Shown piece by piece: positions 9,331 to 18,867 of a stretch of DNA of 64,000 nt. The translations under genes were made by a program, and so were the position numbers. The stretch spans positions 3,710-67,709 of the forward strand of contig JAUILP010000007.1 in NCBI GenBank assembly GCA_030432875.1, in the 5' to 3' direction. The notes beneath the pieces are model-generated. The model saw only the letters and a list, made by a program, of their open reading frames with translations, ran no database searches and was not told the DNA's origin. How positions within the stretch are numbered: the stretch's first letter is position 1; every line of letters begins with the position of its first letter. The stretch is from Oligoflexia bacterium (GTDB taxonomy: Bacteria; Bdellovibrionota_B; Oligoflexia; Oligoflexales; JAGOVF01).

Positions 9331-10485
9331 ATGTCTCAAATATTTGTAACTCCGCGTCTATTTACACCAGGCCCCACTCCAGTTCCCTATGCGACTAAAG
9401 CGAGTATTTTGCATCATGATCTCTACCATCGTGGCAAAGAATTTGCACAAATTTTAGAGGAAACCAGGCAGTGGCTTGCCCCCATATTCGGGACTCCTGA
9501 GCCCCCTCTCATTTTGACTTCTTCGGGAACTGGGGCAATGGAAGCCTCTATCACCAATTTTACTGACATTGGCGAGGAAGTCCTGGTTGTAAAAGGCGGG
9601 AAATTTGGTGAGCGCTGGCTCAAATTAGCCGAGGCCTTTGGACTTACGGCACGGGTACTCGATATCCCTTGGGGACATAAACCAAAGAGCGAAGAAATCC
9701 TGGCTGTACTGGTAAAGTTTCCGGCCATAAAACATATTTTCATTCAGGCGCATGAGAGTTCGACGGGAACCTATTATGACCTAGAAAATTTGCTTCCCAA
9801 AATCCGCCAAACCTTTCAGGGCTTCATTTTTATCGATGCTATTTCGTCGCTACTCGCGCATCCCATGAAAATGGAAGAGTGGCAAATTGATGTGGTCGTA
9901 GCAGGAAGTCAAAAAGGTTTTTCAATTCCTCCGGGCCTATCTTTTATTGCTGCTTCCCCTAGAGCCTGGAATTTTACCACAGAGCGCTCCGCCTTCTATT
10001 TTGATCTTAAACGAGAACGCAGGGAGCAGAGGCAAGGGCAAACGGCCTGGACTCCGGCGACGAGTCTTGTGGAACAACTGCACTTTAACCTAGCTCTTCT
10101 TGTTCAGCAGGGAGGAGTTGAGCGTATCCTTGCCCATCATGCGCATGTTGCCCAAAGTGTACGCCACGCTTCACAAAACTTAAATTTAGCCCTGTTTTCT
10201 CAGGCACCCTCAAATAGTTTGACAGCACTTGCGCTTCCCGAGCATCTCCCTGCTAGCCGTATTACGGGTTATTTACGCCAAAATTTTTCTATGAATTTTG
10301 CGGCGGGCCAAGACCATTTCAAAGAAAAAATCCTCCGTTTTGCCCATCTTGGGTTTGTGGATATATTTTCCATAATTTCCGGTTTTTCTGCGTTAGAAAT
10401 GGCGCTGAAGGCGGAAGGGCATGAATTTGAATTTGGTGAAGGCACGAAGCAGCTCATGTGCAGCTTAACGAGTTCTATGAGTTGA
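9331..10485 (+). CDS. Class V PLP aminotransferase (alanine-glyoxylate/serine-pyruvate family)
   Basis: LFTPGPT, SSGTGAMEA, DAISS, GSQKG (PLP Lys). Confidence 0.92.
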   Translation: MSQIFVTPRLFTPGPTPVPYATKASILHHDLYHRGKEFAQILEETRQWLAPIFGTPEPPLILTSSGTGAMEASITNFTDIGEEVLVVKGGKFGERWLKLAEAFGLTARVLDIPWGHKPKSEEILAVLVKFPAIKHIFIQAHESSTGTYYDLENLLPKIRQTFQGFIFIDAISSLLAHPMKMEEWQIDVVVAGSQKGFSIPPGLSFIAASPRAWNFTTERSAFYFDLKRERREQRQGQTAWTPATSLVEQLHFNLALLVQQGGVERILAHHAHVAQSVRHASQNLNLALFSQAPSNSLTALALPEHLPASRITGYLRQNFSMNFAAGQDHFKEKILRFAHLGFVDIFSIISGFSALEMALKAEGHEFEFGEGTKQLMCSLTSSMS

Positions 10486-10690
10486 ACCCTATCACACTTC
10501 CTAAGTTTTATGCGTAGTTTAAATATAAAAATTCTTGGCAAACATTCATATTGTCAAGAGGTCCAGGGGTTGCTAATCTACTTGCACAACTAAATTTCTC
10601 TGGAGTCGTTTTCCTTCAAAAAAATTTTTTTTGTTATTCTTTTTTCAGAATATTTTCAAGACCTATTATTATACATGAGGAGGGTCCACA

Positions 10691-11482
10691 ATGAAGATTT
10701 TAGTTCTACTTAAAGAAACCCCGGATACAGAAACCAAGATCAAAATTTCAGGCGACAAGATGAGCTTTGATGAGACAGGGTACAAATATATCATCAGCCC
10801 CTATGATGAATATGCCATTGAGGAAGCTCTTAAACTCAAAGACAAAGATGCTGGTACTGAAGTCGTAGTCTGTACTTTTGGTCCAGAAACTGCGAAAGAA
10901 CGCATGATAAAGGCTCTGGCGATGGGTGCTGATCGAGGTATTCTTGTGAGCAATAAAGGCTGCGAACGCGCAGATTCTGTTGCCGTTGCTAAGCTCCTCG
11001 CCGCCGTCATCAAAGCAGAAAACCCTGATTTGGTCTTTGGTGGCAAACAAGCTATCGATAAAGATGACAGCCAAACGATTAGCATGACAGCAGAGTTTCT
11101 TGACTGGCCTCATATCAACGTGGCAACTAAGTTTACCTTAGAAGGAAAGCGCGCTCTTGTCGAAAGATCCGTTGAAGGCGGTCAAGTCGAAGTTTATGAC
11201 GTGGCGCTGCCTTTTATTCTTGGTGCAGATAAAACAATTAACAGCCCGCGCTATGCTTCACTTCCAGGTATTATGAAAGCTAAAAAGAAGCCCCTAGATA
11301 TCAAATCACCCAGTGACTTTGGTCATGCCCCCGATACGATGATGGCTAATTCTACAGTAACCGCTGCTAGTTTTGATTATCCGCCAGCTAAGCCACCCGG
11401 AAAAATCTTTAAAGGTGAAGATGTCGCGGTTATGGTAGGCAAAGTAGCAAAACTCCTAAGAGACGAAGCTAAAGTTATTTAA
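10691..11482 (+). CDS. etfB: Electron transfer flavoprotein beta subunit
   Basis: PYDEYAIEEAL, ALAMGAD, GKQAID, PRYASLPGIMKAKKK. Confidence 0.95.
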   Translation: MKILVLLKETPDTETKIKISGDKMSFDETGYKYIISPYDEYAIEEALKLKDKDAGTEVVVCTFGPETAKERMIKALAMGADRGILVSNKGCERADSVAVAKLLAAVIKAENPDLVFGGKQAIDKDDSQTISMTAEFLDWPHINVATKFTLEGKRALVERSVEGGQVEVYDVALPFILGADKTINSPRYASLPGIMKAKKKPLDIKSPSDFGHAPDTMMANSTVTAASFDYPPAKPPGKIFKGEDVAVMVGKVAKLLRDEAKVI

Positions 11483-11512
11483 TGATAAAAATATCAGGGA
11501 AGGACAAATATT

Positions 11513-12484
11513 ATGAAAGTTTTAGTCTATATAGATCAACGTGAAGGAAAAATCAAATCAATCGCATGGGAAGCTCTAACCCTAGCCCATACCATGGCGG
11601 GATCTAGCGCTCAAGTTGCAGCAGTTTTGGTCGGTGACGCCGTCGGTGGTTCTGCAGGAGAGATAGCAGGTTGGGGAGCTGACGCCGTATTTGTGGCAGA
11701 TCATGCCTCACTCAAAAATTTCAACGTCATGAGTTATGCAAAAGCAGTAGGAAGTGCTGTTGATACCTTTAAGCCTGATCTTATTATTGCCGGTGCGACC
11801 CCTATGGGGCGTGAGCTTCTGCCTAGGCTTGTCGCACGCTTTTCTGCTGGTATCTTGACTGATGTCACAAGTTTAAAAGCTTCTGGGGATAAATTATCTG
11901 CCACCAAGCCGATGTACTCCGGAAAGTGCATCGGAAACATGGAGATGAAAAAAGGAAAACTCAATATTGTCTCTATTCGTCCGAATGTTTTCGCTGCGAA
12001 AAAATGCGGTGAGGGAAGTGCGAGCGTTCAGAGTATTGCCGCAGATGGTTTTGCTGATGAGCGTTTAAAAACAGTAGAAATTCGCAAAGGTAAGAGCGAA
12101 CGCCCTGACCTAACTGAAGCCAGTGTCATCGTTTCTGGTGGTCGTTCAGTAGGAAGTGCTGATAATTTTAAAATAATTTTTGAATGCGCTGACGCTATTG
12201 GCGCTACCGTTGGTGCTTCACGCGCTGCGGTAGATGCAGGATATGCTACTCATGATATGCAGGTCGGGCAAACCGGAAAAACAGTCAACCCCAACCTTTA
12301 TATTGCCTGTGGCATAAGCGGTGCTATTCAGCATATGGCCGGAATGCGCTCGTCAAAAGTCATCGTCGCTATCAACACCGATCCTGAAGCACCCATATTT
12401 ACTATCGCTGACTATGGTATTGTTGCTGACCTGTTTGAAGCTGTGCCAAAACTCACCGAAGAGTTTAAGAAAATGATGGGATAA
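11513..12484 (+). CDS. etfA: Electron transfer flavoprotein alpha subunit
   Basis: GASRAAVDAG, QVGQTGK, GISGAIQH, AINTDPEAPIF. Confidence 0.96.
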   Translation: MKVLVYIDQREGKIKSIAWEALTLAHTMAGSSAQVAAVLVGDAVGGSAGEIAGWGADAVFVADHASLKNFNVMSYAKAVGSAVDTFKPDLIIAGATPMGRELLPRLVARFSAGILTDVTSLKASGDKLSATKPMYSGKCIGNMEMKKGKLNIVSIRPNVFAAKKCGEGSASVQSIAADGFADERLKTVEIRKGKSERPDLTEASVIVSGGRSVGSADNFKIIFECADAIGATVGASRAAVDAGYATHDMQVGQTGKTVNPNLYIACGISGAIQHMAGMRSSKVIVAINTDPEAPIFTIADYGIVADLFEAVPKLTEEFKKMMG

Positions 12485-12576
12485 GAGCGCTTGATTTTAG
12501 ATGTCTCGTGATAGGGTCTTTGCCCCACGAGACTTATTCGACTTTGTTCAATTGAAAAATATTTAGGACCCGTACC

Positions 12577-12606
12577 AAGGCTTTTTTGTCCGCAAAAAAG
12601 CCTTTT
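12577..12606 (+). terminator. Intrinsic terminator-like hairpin after etfA
   Basis: AAGGCTTTTTTG-TCCG-CAAAAAAGCCTT followed by TT. Confidence 0.55.
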
Positions 12607-12640
12607 CTCATAGACCTCATCCTCCGCTTTTAAGGAACAC

Positions 12641-14011
12641 ATGCATATGACTGCGGCAGGCAATCATTCTGTTCTTAAAAAATTTTTTGCCCAAAAAATG
12701 TCACACCCAAACTTCAAGATAGCGCTGCATCTCATCTTGGTGTCGGCTCCTATTGGCTTTTTAGTGGGTGCAGCGATTGCTGGATATGATTATGTCGTAA
12801 ATACATTTCTTTGGGAAAATTTCACCCTAAATTTTGCGCCTGAGTGGTTATGTGTATTGCCTTTGGTGGGGATGCTTCTCACCGGTATTATTCTAAAAAT
12901 TTTCGGTGTTCCTAGTTCTGCTATGGCAGATGAAATTGTGCAGGCCTATCACAACCCAGAGCAGGGACTGAATTACAAACGGGTGTTACCCAAGCTTTCG
13001 GCCTCAGTTGCGACCATGGGTTTTGGTTGCAGTGCTGGGATGGAAGGGGCGTGCAAATGGCTTGGTGGTGCTATATCAGCTTTCAGCCAAAGTATTTTAA
13101 ACCGCTTTCCCATTTTAAAACCATGGCATGGCCGTGTTGAAATCACTATGTTAGCAGGAGCTGCGGCAGGTATTAGCGCAATTTTTAGAGCGCCGCTCAC
13201 GGGTGCCATTATGGGAATTGAGTCACCTTATAAAAAGGATTTAGCCCATGAGGCTCTTTTGCATGGACTTGTTGCTTCCGCGATAAGCTATGTCACCTTT
13301 GTTTTTTTGCGCAATGCTACGCCGTATTTTCCGATTAAATTTTCCTATACAATAAATCTCCGTGATTTGATTTATTGCGTATTTGTGGGCATTCTTGCGG
13401 GACTTTTTTCGCATCTTTTTTTATGGGTGCTCAGTTTATGTAAAAAAATGTCCGCAGCGACAAAACATATTTTTCTCTTACATCATGCTATTGGTGGTAT
13501 ATTGTTGTCGCTCATTGCCTACGGAATGCTGGGGTTTTTGGGCGAGGCGACGACGCTACACTCAGGACTTGCGGTTTCAAATATTCTGCTTGCGGGTGGC
13601 TATAGCGCTCAAATGTGTATCGCGCTTTTATTTATGAAGCTTTTTGCCACCGCAATCACATTTGGGATGGGCGGTGTGGGCGGTTTTTTTGTTCCATCGG
13701 CGACCATCGGTGCGGCTCTCGGCGCGGTATGTGATATTTATTTCCACCCCAGTCAACCTGGATTATTTACGCTTATTGGTATCGCCGCATTTACTGGCGC
13801 TAGTTATAACAGTCTCCTTTTTTCCGCCGTTTTTATTGCCGAGGCTTCAGGTAATCCCGCACTGGTTGTTCCTGGTCTTATCGCCTCTAGTATCGCGTAT
13901 TTAGTCAGTGCAGGCGTTTCTAATTCGCCCTCACAAAGGTGGCGAAGAACAGATGTTTTTAATGTAACGCCTCCTGAGAATATCCCGCTAAAAGTAAACA
14001 GTATTGTGTAA
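12641..14011 (+). CDS. CLC-family chloride channel/transporter with atypical motifs
   Basis: GMEGA, AGAAAGISAIFRAPLTG, GGVGGFFVP; polytopic membrane protein. Confidence 0.9.
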   Translation: MHMTAAGNHSVLKKFFAQKMSHPNFKIALHLILVSAPIGFLVGAAIAGYDYVVNTFLWENFTLNFAPEWLCVLPLVGMLLTGIILKIFGVPSSAMADEIVQAYHNPEQGLNYKRVLPKLSASVATMGFGCSAGMEGACKWLGGAISAFSQSILNRFPILKPWHGRVEITMLAGAAAGISAIFRAPLTGAIMGIESPYKKDLAHEALLHGLVASAISYVTFVFLRNATPYFPIKFSYTINLRDLIYCVFVGILAGLFSHLFLWVLSLCKKMSAATKHIFLLHHAIGGILLSLIAYGMLGFLGEATTLHSGLAVSNILLAGGYSAQMCIALLFMKLFATAITFGMGGVGGFFVPSATIGAALGAVCDIYFHPSQPGLFTLIGIAAFTGASYNSLLFSAVFIAEASGNPALVVPGLIASSIAYLVSAGVSNSPSQRWRRTDVFNVTPPENIPLKVNSIV

Positions 14012-14024
14012 GGCCGAGTTTTTT

Positions 14025-15224
14025 ATGAGCGAACCCAAAAAACCAATATCTACGTCCATGCGACTAGGCTGGGTATCATTCTTTAATGATTGTTCCAGTG
14101 AGGTAATTGCCCGTGCTTTGCCGCTACTGCTCATAACTTCTCTGGGGATGACGCCTACCTTTGTGGGTGTCGTCGAAGGAATGGCCGAAGCCGTGAGTAT
14201 TTTGCTCAAAGGATTTTCGGGATGGTTATCCGATAAAATGGCTTCACGTAAACCCTTGGTGGTGTTTGGTTATAGTTTTTCTGTTTTGTCGCGTATTTTT
14301 TTGCTTGCGGCACATGTGCCTTTTTTATTTGCCTTAGCACGGATATCTGACCGGGTAGGCAAGGGCATGCGTACAGCGCCTCGAGATGCCATGGTGGCAG
14401 ATGCTACAAAATCCGGGCTTAATGGGCGTGCTTTTGGCATTTTAAGATTTTTAGATACGTTAGGGGCGGTAACTGGTATCGCCGTGGTTTTAGTCTTGGG
14501 GATTGGTGAAGGTCCGATGACGCCTGAGGTTTTTCGCCAGTGCTTGATTATTGCCATTCCTTTTGGTCTTATCGCTTTGCTGCTGCTTATTTTTACCATT
14601 CCCACTATTCCTCGGGCTACATCCGCAAAAACATATTTAGCCTGGCAGATTCCCAAAGAAATTAGAGGCTACCTATTAGCTCTTGGGATATTCGCCCTAG
14701 GCAATTCAAGTGATGCATTTTTGGTTTTGAGGGCTCATGAGTTGGGGATATCGTTTCGCAACATTCTTATTTTACTCGCCGCATTCAATTTGCTTGCCGC
14801 ATTTCTTGCTGTTCCGGTTGGGTATTTAACAGACCGCATAGGTCGCATACATCTTTTGGTTCTAGGCTGGCTTCTCTATGCCGGAGTTTACATGAGTATT
14901 GGGCATGTGAGCACGGCGTCGGGATTTGCCGTAACGGTCCTGGTTTATGGCGCGTTTTATGGATTTACAGATGGGACAGAAAAAGCCTTACTTGCAGACC
15001 TCTTACCACCAGATAAGCGGGGGACAGGATTTGGGGCAATGCAGCTTATTCTTGGCTTAGCCGCACTTCCCGCAAGCTTTTTGACCGGCTGGCTTATGAC
15101 CTCTTTTGGGTCTGACGTCGCATTTTATACAGCATCGGGATTTGCGCTTACGGGCACAGGCTGTTTACTCCTGTGGTGGCAAAAAGGCGGTGCGGGAAAA
15201 GTGTTTATCAACAAGAGTGCCTAG
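14025..15224 (+). CDS. MFS transporter
   Basis: SGWLSDKMASRK, DRVGKGMRTAPRDA, DRIGR; about 12 TMs. Confidence 0.92.
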   Translation: MSEPKKPISTSMRLGWVSFFNDCSSEVIARALPLLLITSLGMTPTFVGVVEGMAEAVSILLKGFSGWLSDKMASRKPLVVFGYSFSVLSRIFLLAAHVPFLFALARISDRVGKGMRTAPRDAMVADATKSGLNGRAFGILRFLDTLGAVTGIAVVLVLGIGEGPMTPEVFRQCLIIAIPFGLIALLLLIFTIPTIPRATSAKTYLAWQIPKEIRGYLLALGIFALGNSSDAFLVLRAHELGISFRNILILLAAFNLLAAFLAVPVGYLTDRIGRIHLLVLGWLLYAGVYMSIGHVSTASGFAVTVLVYGAFYGFTDGTEKALLADLLPPDKRGTGFGAMQLILGLAALPASFLTGWLMTSFGSDVAFYTASGFALTGTGCLLLWWQKGGAGKVFINKSA

Positions 15225-15278
15225 AATAGGCCTGCATTCTCCCGGGTACACTGTTTGCGCCTGAGACGAAATAGGTAA

Positions 15279-15890
15279 TTAATTCAAAATGCATTCTATG
15301 GTTGATCCAAAATTGCGGATCCAAAATAATCCAATTTGGCCGTCCCGAACTTTGATGCTTTTGATTTTATCGACGTCACTCTCGTGAGAGATTTTTACGG
15401 TCAACTCATAAAGAGATGTTGATCCAAAATCCGACAGACTTTTTTGCTCCACGAGAACAAATAGTTCATCGTTGCTAATCTTAGTTTTTGATACTGAATA
15501 TAAAGGATAGTCCCCGTTGAATTGAAACTTCGCGAGACCATTAAGCCCCGGATAACCTACATCATCTTCGTCATATTCTATGTATTCGTCGTTGAAAAGT
15601 GACAAACTAAATTGCGGTCCCGTGTATTTCATAATTTGACACTCATATCCGGTAGGGGTAGTGCCTATAGTCATTCTTCTCCCATCTGACAATTCTCTAT
15701 ATAGATAATTATCACCTGATAGCTCTGTATTGACAAATTTCATTATGTTCTCCGCGGTTTTTTGCTTGGTTTCTCCTACAGTAGGCATATCCGTTTTAAC
15801 GGTGCTCGTTTCCTGGTTATCATTTCCGCAGTTAAGGAGACTCATAAATGCCAAAACCAAAAAGCCTTTTAAGAAAATGTCTTTCTTCAT
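15279..15890 (-). CDS. Hypothetical lipoprotein
   Basis: MKKDIFLKGFLVLAFMSLLNC signal II-like N-terminus. Confidence 0.7.
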   Translation of the reverse strand: MKKDIFLKGFLVLAFMSLLNCGNDNQETSTVKTDMPTVGETKQKTAENIMKFVNTELSGDNYLYRELSDGRRMTIGTTPTGYECQIMKYTGPQFSLSLFNDEYIEYDEDDVGYPGLNGLAKFQFNGDYPLYSVSKTKISNDELFVLVEQKSLSDFGSTSLYELTVKISHESDVDKIKSIKVRDGQIGLFWIRNFGSTIECILN

Positions 15891-15917
15891 TTCGTAACCT
15901 TTCGTTAAAATGTAGTT

Positions 15918-15976
15918 AGTCCATGGCGCGAAAAGCGCCATGGACTTGTCCCGAGCGGGATGCGAGGGATCTCCCC
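15918..15976. repeat. Perfect 12-bp hairpin plus REP-like fragment
   Basis: AGTCCATGGCGC-GAAAA-GCGCCATGGACT, then CCCGAGCGGGATGCGAGGGATCTCCCC; the last 18 nt recur (17/18) at 40810-40827. Confidence 0.5.
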
Positions 15977-16054
15977 GAGTAACCCCCTATCTTTGCTTTA
16001 CAATTCTAATTCTGAAATTCATATTTTCTACTCATGAGTAATATTTTTAAAGCA

Positions 16055-16936
16055 TTAGAAAATTATTGCGATTTCTTCTTCCATATATTTATTGCTAACA
16101 TGTTTCATCTTTGCTCTATATACACACTCAGTGGGTTTATAAGCATTTTCAATATCGCGGCTAAAGAGTTTATGTGTCACGACGCCATTTCGTATTCTTT
16201 GGCCAGAAATTCCGCCATCAGCGATAGTAAACTCGAGTTCTGAAATATCTCCTTTACCAAAATCAAGAACAGCGCTTACTGATCGAGATTTAGCACCGTG
16301 AACCACTTTCGCAAAATTTAAATTCCCTATAAGTATTTCTCCATTAATGACTAAACCAAAGCTTGTGTCCACTGCATGGTCAATAGCTCCAACTAACTCG
16401 CAGTCACTGGAAACTTCCTCTGAAGATTTTAGGTTACCAGAAATGGAGCAGGCATATTTATCGTTTATATAGATACCCCCGTCTATTTCATCGCCGATCG
16501 GAAAAGCTATTGATGTGCAAGAAATGTCTGTTAGAGTGTAGTTTGTCAACCGCGCATCGATAGTAAAGCCTCTAATATTTTTTTCTAAAAATCTCATTAA
16601 GGGCTGTATTTTTTCAGTATTTTCACTGTGAAGTTTTACTTCTCCAAGTCCTGGAGCCAGTTCATCTTGATTTTGCAGAGCAGAACATTCTAAATAACCC
16701 GTTGCTACATGTTCGAGGCAAGAAATATCAGTCAGATTTAAATAAGCATGGTGCATGCCTCCGGCAATTTCTTTAGCGCCCAAGTTTTTGAGACTTTCCA
16801 TTAAATTCTTGGCGGCATAGCCAGTCATTGTTTTAGATTCAATAGGCAAAATATGAAATTCTGAGGTTTGTGATGAGCCATTTACGCTAAAATTCATAAG
16901 TCCCAAAAAAGCACCAGTTAGTAGCATTGTTTTCAT
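16055..16936 (-). CDS. Secreted hypothetical protein with an internal duplication
   Basis: Signal peptide; LTDISC...CS unit occurs twice. Confidence 0.72.
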   Translation of the reverse strand: MKTMLLTGAFLGLMNFSVNGSSQTSEFHILPIESKTMTGYAAKNLMESLKNLGAKEIAGGMHHAYLNLTDISCLEHVATGYLECSALQNQDELAPGLGEVKLHSENTEKIQPLMRFLEKNIRGFTIDARLTNYTLTDISCTSIAFPIGDEIDGGIYINDKYACSISGNLKSSEEVSSDCELVGAIDHAVDTSFGLVINGEILIGNLNFAKVVHGAKSRSVSAVLDFGKGDISELEFTIADGGISGQRIRNGVVTHKLFSRDIENAYKPTECVYRAKMKHVSNKYMEEEIAIIF

Positions 16937-17396
16937 TGTAAGTTTCCTTAAAAAGCAAAAATTAAATCTTAAAAAGTTCCGATTGAGGAACGACTGCGGT
17001 ACTTAGATAATATAAAATACATTGATTGACGTTAAAAAACTGGGGATATAAGCGGAAAGTGTACTCTTTGGGGAACAGGAGAGGGAGGAATGGGGCATTG
17101 CTAGGGAGATAAACACCTTAATTCTCTAATACATTTAAGTTTCTAAATATTGTTAATTAACTTTGATCCAAAATTTGTCAGGCCACCTCAGACTTAATTA
17201 AAAAACCTCGGATTGTCTAACCGAAATACTACACCCATCATATTCTACTTATTATAGTTTTTTTTTAATGTGATAATGAGTAAGATCATAGCAATCAAAA
17301 CCTTGTTTGCAATATATACACGCATAATAAATGAGAAAATAATTTTAATAATATAGATAAGACTTCTGGTCTTTTTTCCCTCTAAAAAAATGATTC

Positions 17397-18866
17397 TTGA
17401 TGCAAAGGAAGGCAATGAGCTTGGGTAACTACTATAACAAGATGTTAGTCCTATTTTTTCAGTTACTACTGGGTCTCCTGCTATTTAGGGCTTCAGGGGT
17501 AGCTTATAGTTTTTCGTTAAATGATGTTTTTCGCCTCTCAGAGCAAGAACATCCTCAAATCAAATCAATTTCAGAGCGCCTCGCGGCACTAAACTTAAAA
17601 AAAAATCAAGATCAACGTGTTTTTGCTTCAGAAATTAACTTCGGTGCATCCACAAGTTATCAAAATTTGCAGCGCATCACCCCTTATGGAAAAACCATGA
17701 GCCAAACATTAGATTTGGGGTGGAAAAAAAGCTTCAATCTGGGGACAGAATTAAATTTTACGAGTTCATTGGCTTTTATTGATCAGCAGCCGGGTACGGC
17801 ACAGCATTTCAACGAGAGCTCATGGCAGGTTGGTATCAAGCAACCCCTTCTTAAAAATTACGCGGGTGAAGAGTTTGCTATAAATTCACGTGCCTTAAAT
17901 GCTGAAATTGCTGCTCAGACTCTTATTTTGCAAGCCGAAAAACAGAGCCTTTTCTATAATATTGAACTCAAATACTGGGACTTGGTGTTTGCACTACGTG
18001 AAAAAATAATTCGTGAGGAAAGTGTGAAAAAGGCCCAAGAGTTTTTGCGCTGGACAAAAAATCGCTACGCTAACGGAGCCGCCGAAAAAGTGGATGTCCT
18101 TAACGCAAGCACGGCACTAAAAATACGAAGCCTTAGTATGCAAACTGTCCAGGACGGGATTGAAGAATCTTTTACGGCATTAAAAGCAGTGCTTCCTAAG
18201 CTGCCCGACCTCAAGGACTGGCAGGTCATTTCAGATGATTTTTTCTCCAAGAGAAATCTAGAAAACTTGTGTTTAAAATCAGATTTCGGGACGGAAGTCA
18301 CCTCACCAATTTATGCTGATGCCCTGGTTTCCAAAACAAAGGCGCTTCAGTCCTGGATTGAGGTGGAAAAAATTCGCGCTGAAGGTAAAACCGACGTTTC
18401 TGCATTTGCCGAGTATGGTCAAAATGGCATAAAAAAAGAAGTTTTTCCTACCACTAGGGAAGCCACCAGTTTTAAACATCAAAGCTGGACTGTTGGACTC
18501 ATGCTTACCCATACTTTAGATGCAAGTCTTAAGAGTGATGCTGAACGCGCTGCGGTGCTCGATGCTAATGCTGCGAAAACTACCGCACAATTTGCTGAAG
18601 ATAATAGCCTAGCGGAGTGGTCACTGCTTAGGGACAAGGTTAACCGCATGGAGAGTAATCTGACTTTAGCTAAGGAAGTTCAAGAACTTCAGGTACAAAA
18701 GACTAATGAAGAGCGGCAAAGACTTCGCATTGGTCGGTCTACCACGGCACAGCTGATTTTATTTGAGCAAGAAACCATCGAAGCTCGCCTTCAAGTGCTG
18801 CGTATACTCGCAAATATGCGAAAACTAGAAGCGCGCAGCCGCCTTTTTGTTTACGGAGGATCCTAA
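17397..18866 (+). CDS. TolC-family outer membrane efflux protein
   Basis: QPLLKN, YWDL, RYANG, RLRIGRST repeat architecture; directly upstream of an RND pump. Start uncertain. Confidence 0.88.
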   Translation: MMQRKAMSLGNYYNKMLVLFFQLLLGLLLFRASGVAYSFSLNDVFRLSEQEHPQIKSISERLAALNLKKNQDQRVFASEINFGASTSYQNLQRITPYGKTMSQTLDLGWKKSFNLGTELNFTSSLAFIDQQPGTAQHFNESSWQVGIKQPLLKNYAGEEFAINSRALNAEIAAQTLILQAEKQSLFYNIELKYWDLVFALREKIIREESVKKAQEFLRWTKNRYANGAAEKVDVLNASTALKIRSLSMQTVQDGIEESFTALKAVLPKLPDLKDWQVISDDFFSKRNLENLCLKSDFGTEVTSPIYADALVSKTKALQSWIEVEKIRAEGKTDVSAFAEYGQNGIKKEVFPTTREATSFKHQSWTVGLMLTHTLDASLKSDAERAAVLDANAAKTTAQFAEDNSLAEWSLLRDKVNRMESNLTLAKEVQELQVQKTNEERQRLRIGRSTTAQLILFEQETIEARLQVLRILANMRKLEARSRLFVYGGS

Positions 18867-18867
18867 A

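Noticed and set aside
12490-12640. Fluoride riboswitch upstream of the CLC gene
   Set aside because: No crcB-motif consensus is visible, only a terminator-like hairpin, and the protein lacks fluoride CLC signatures.
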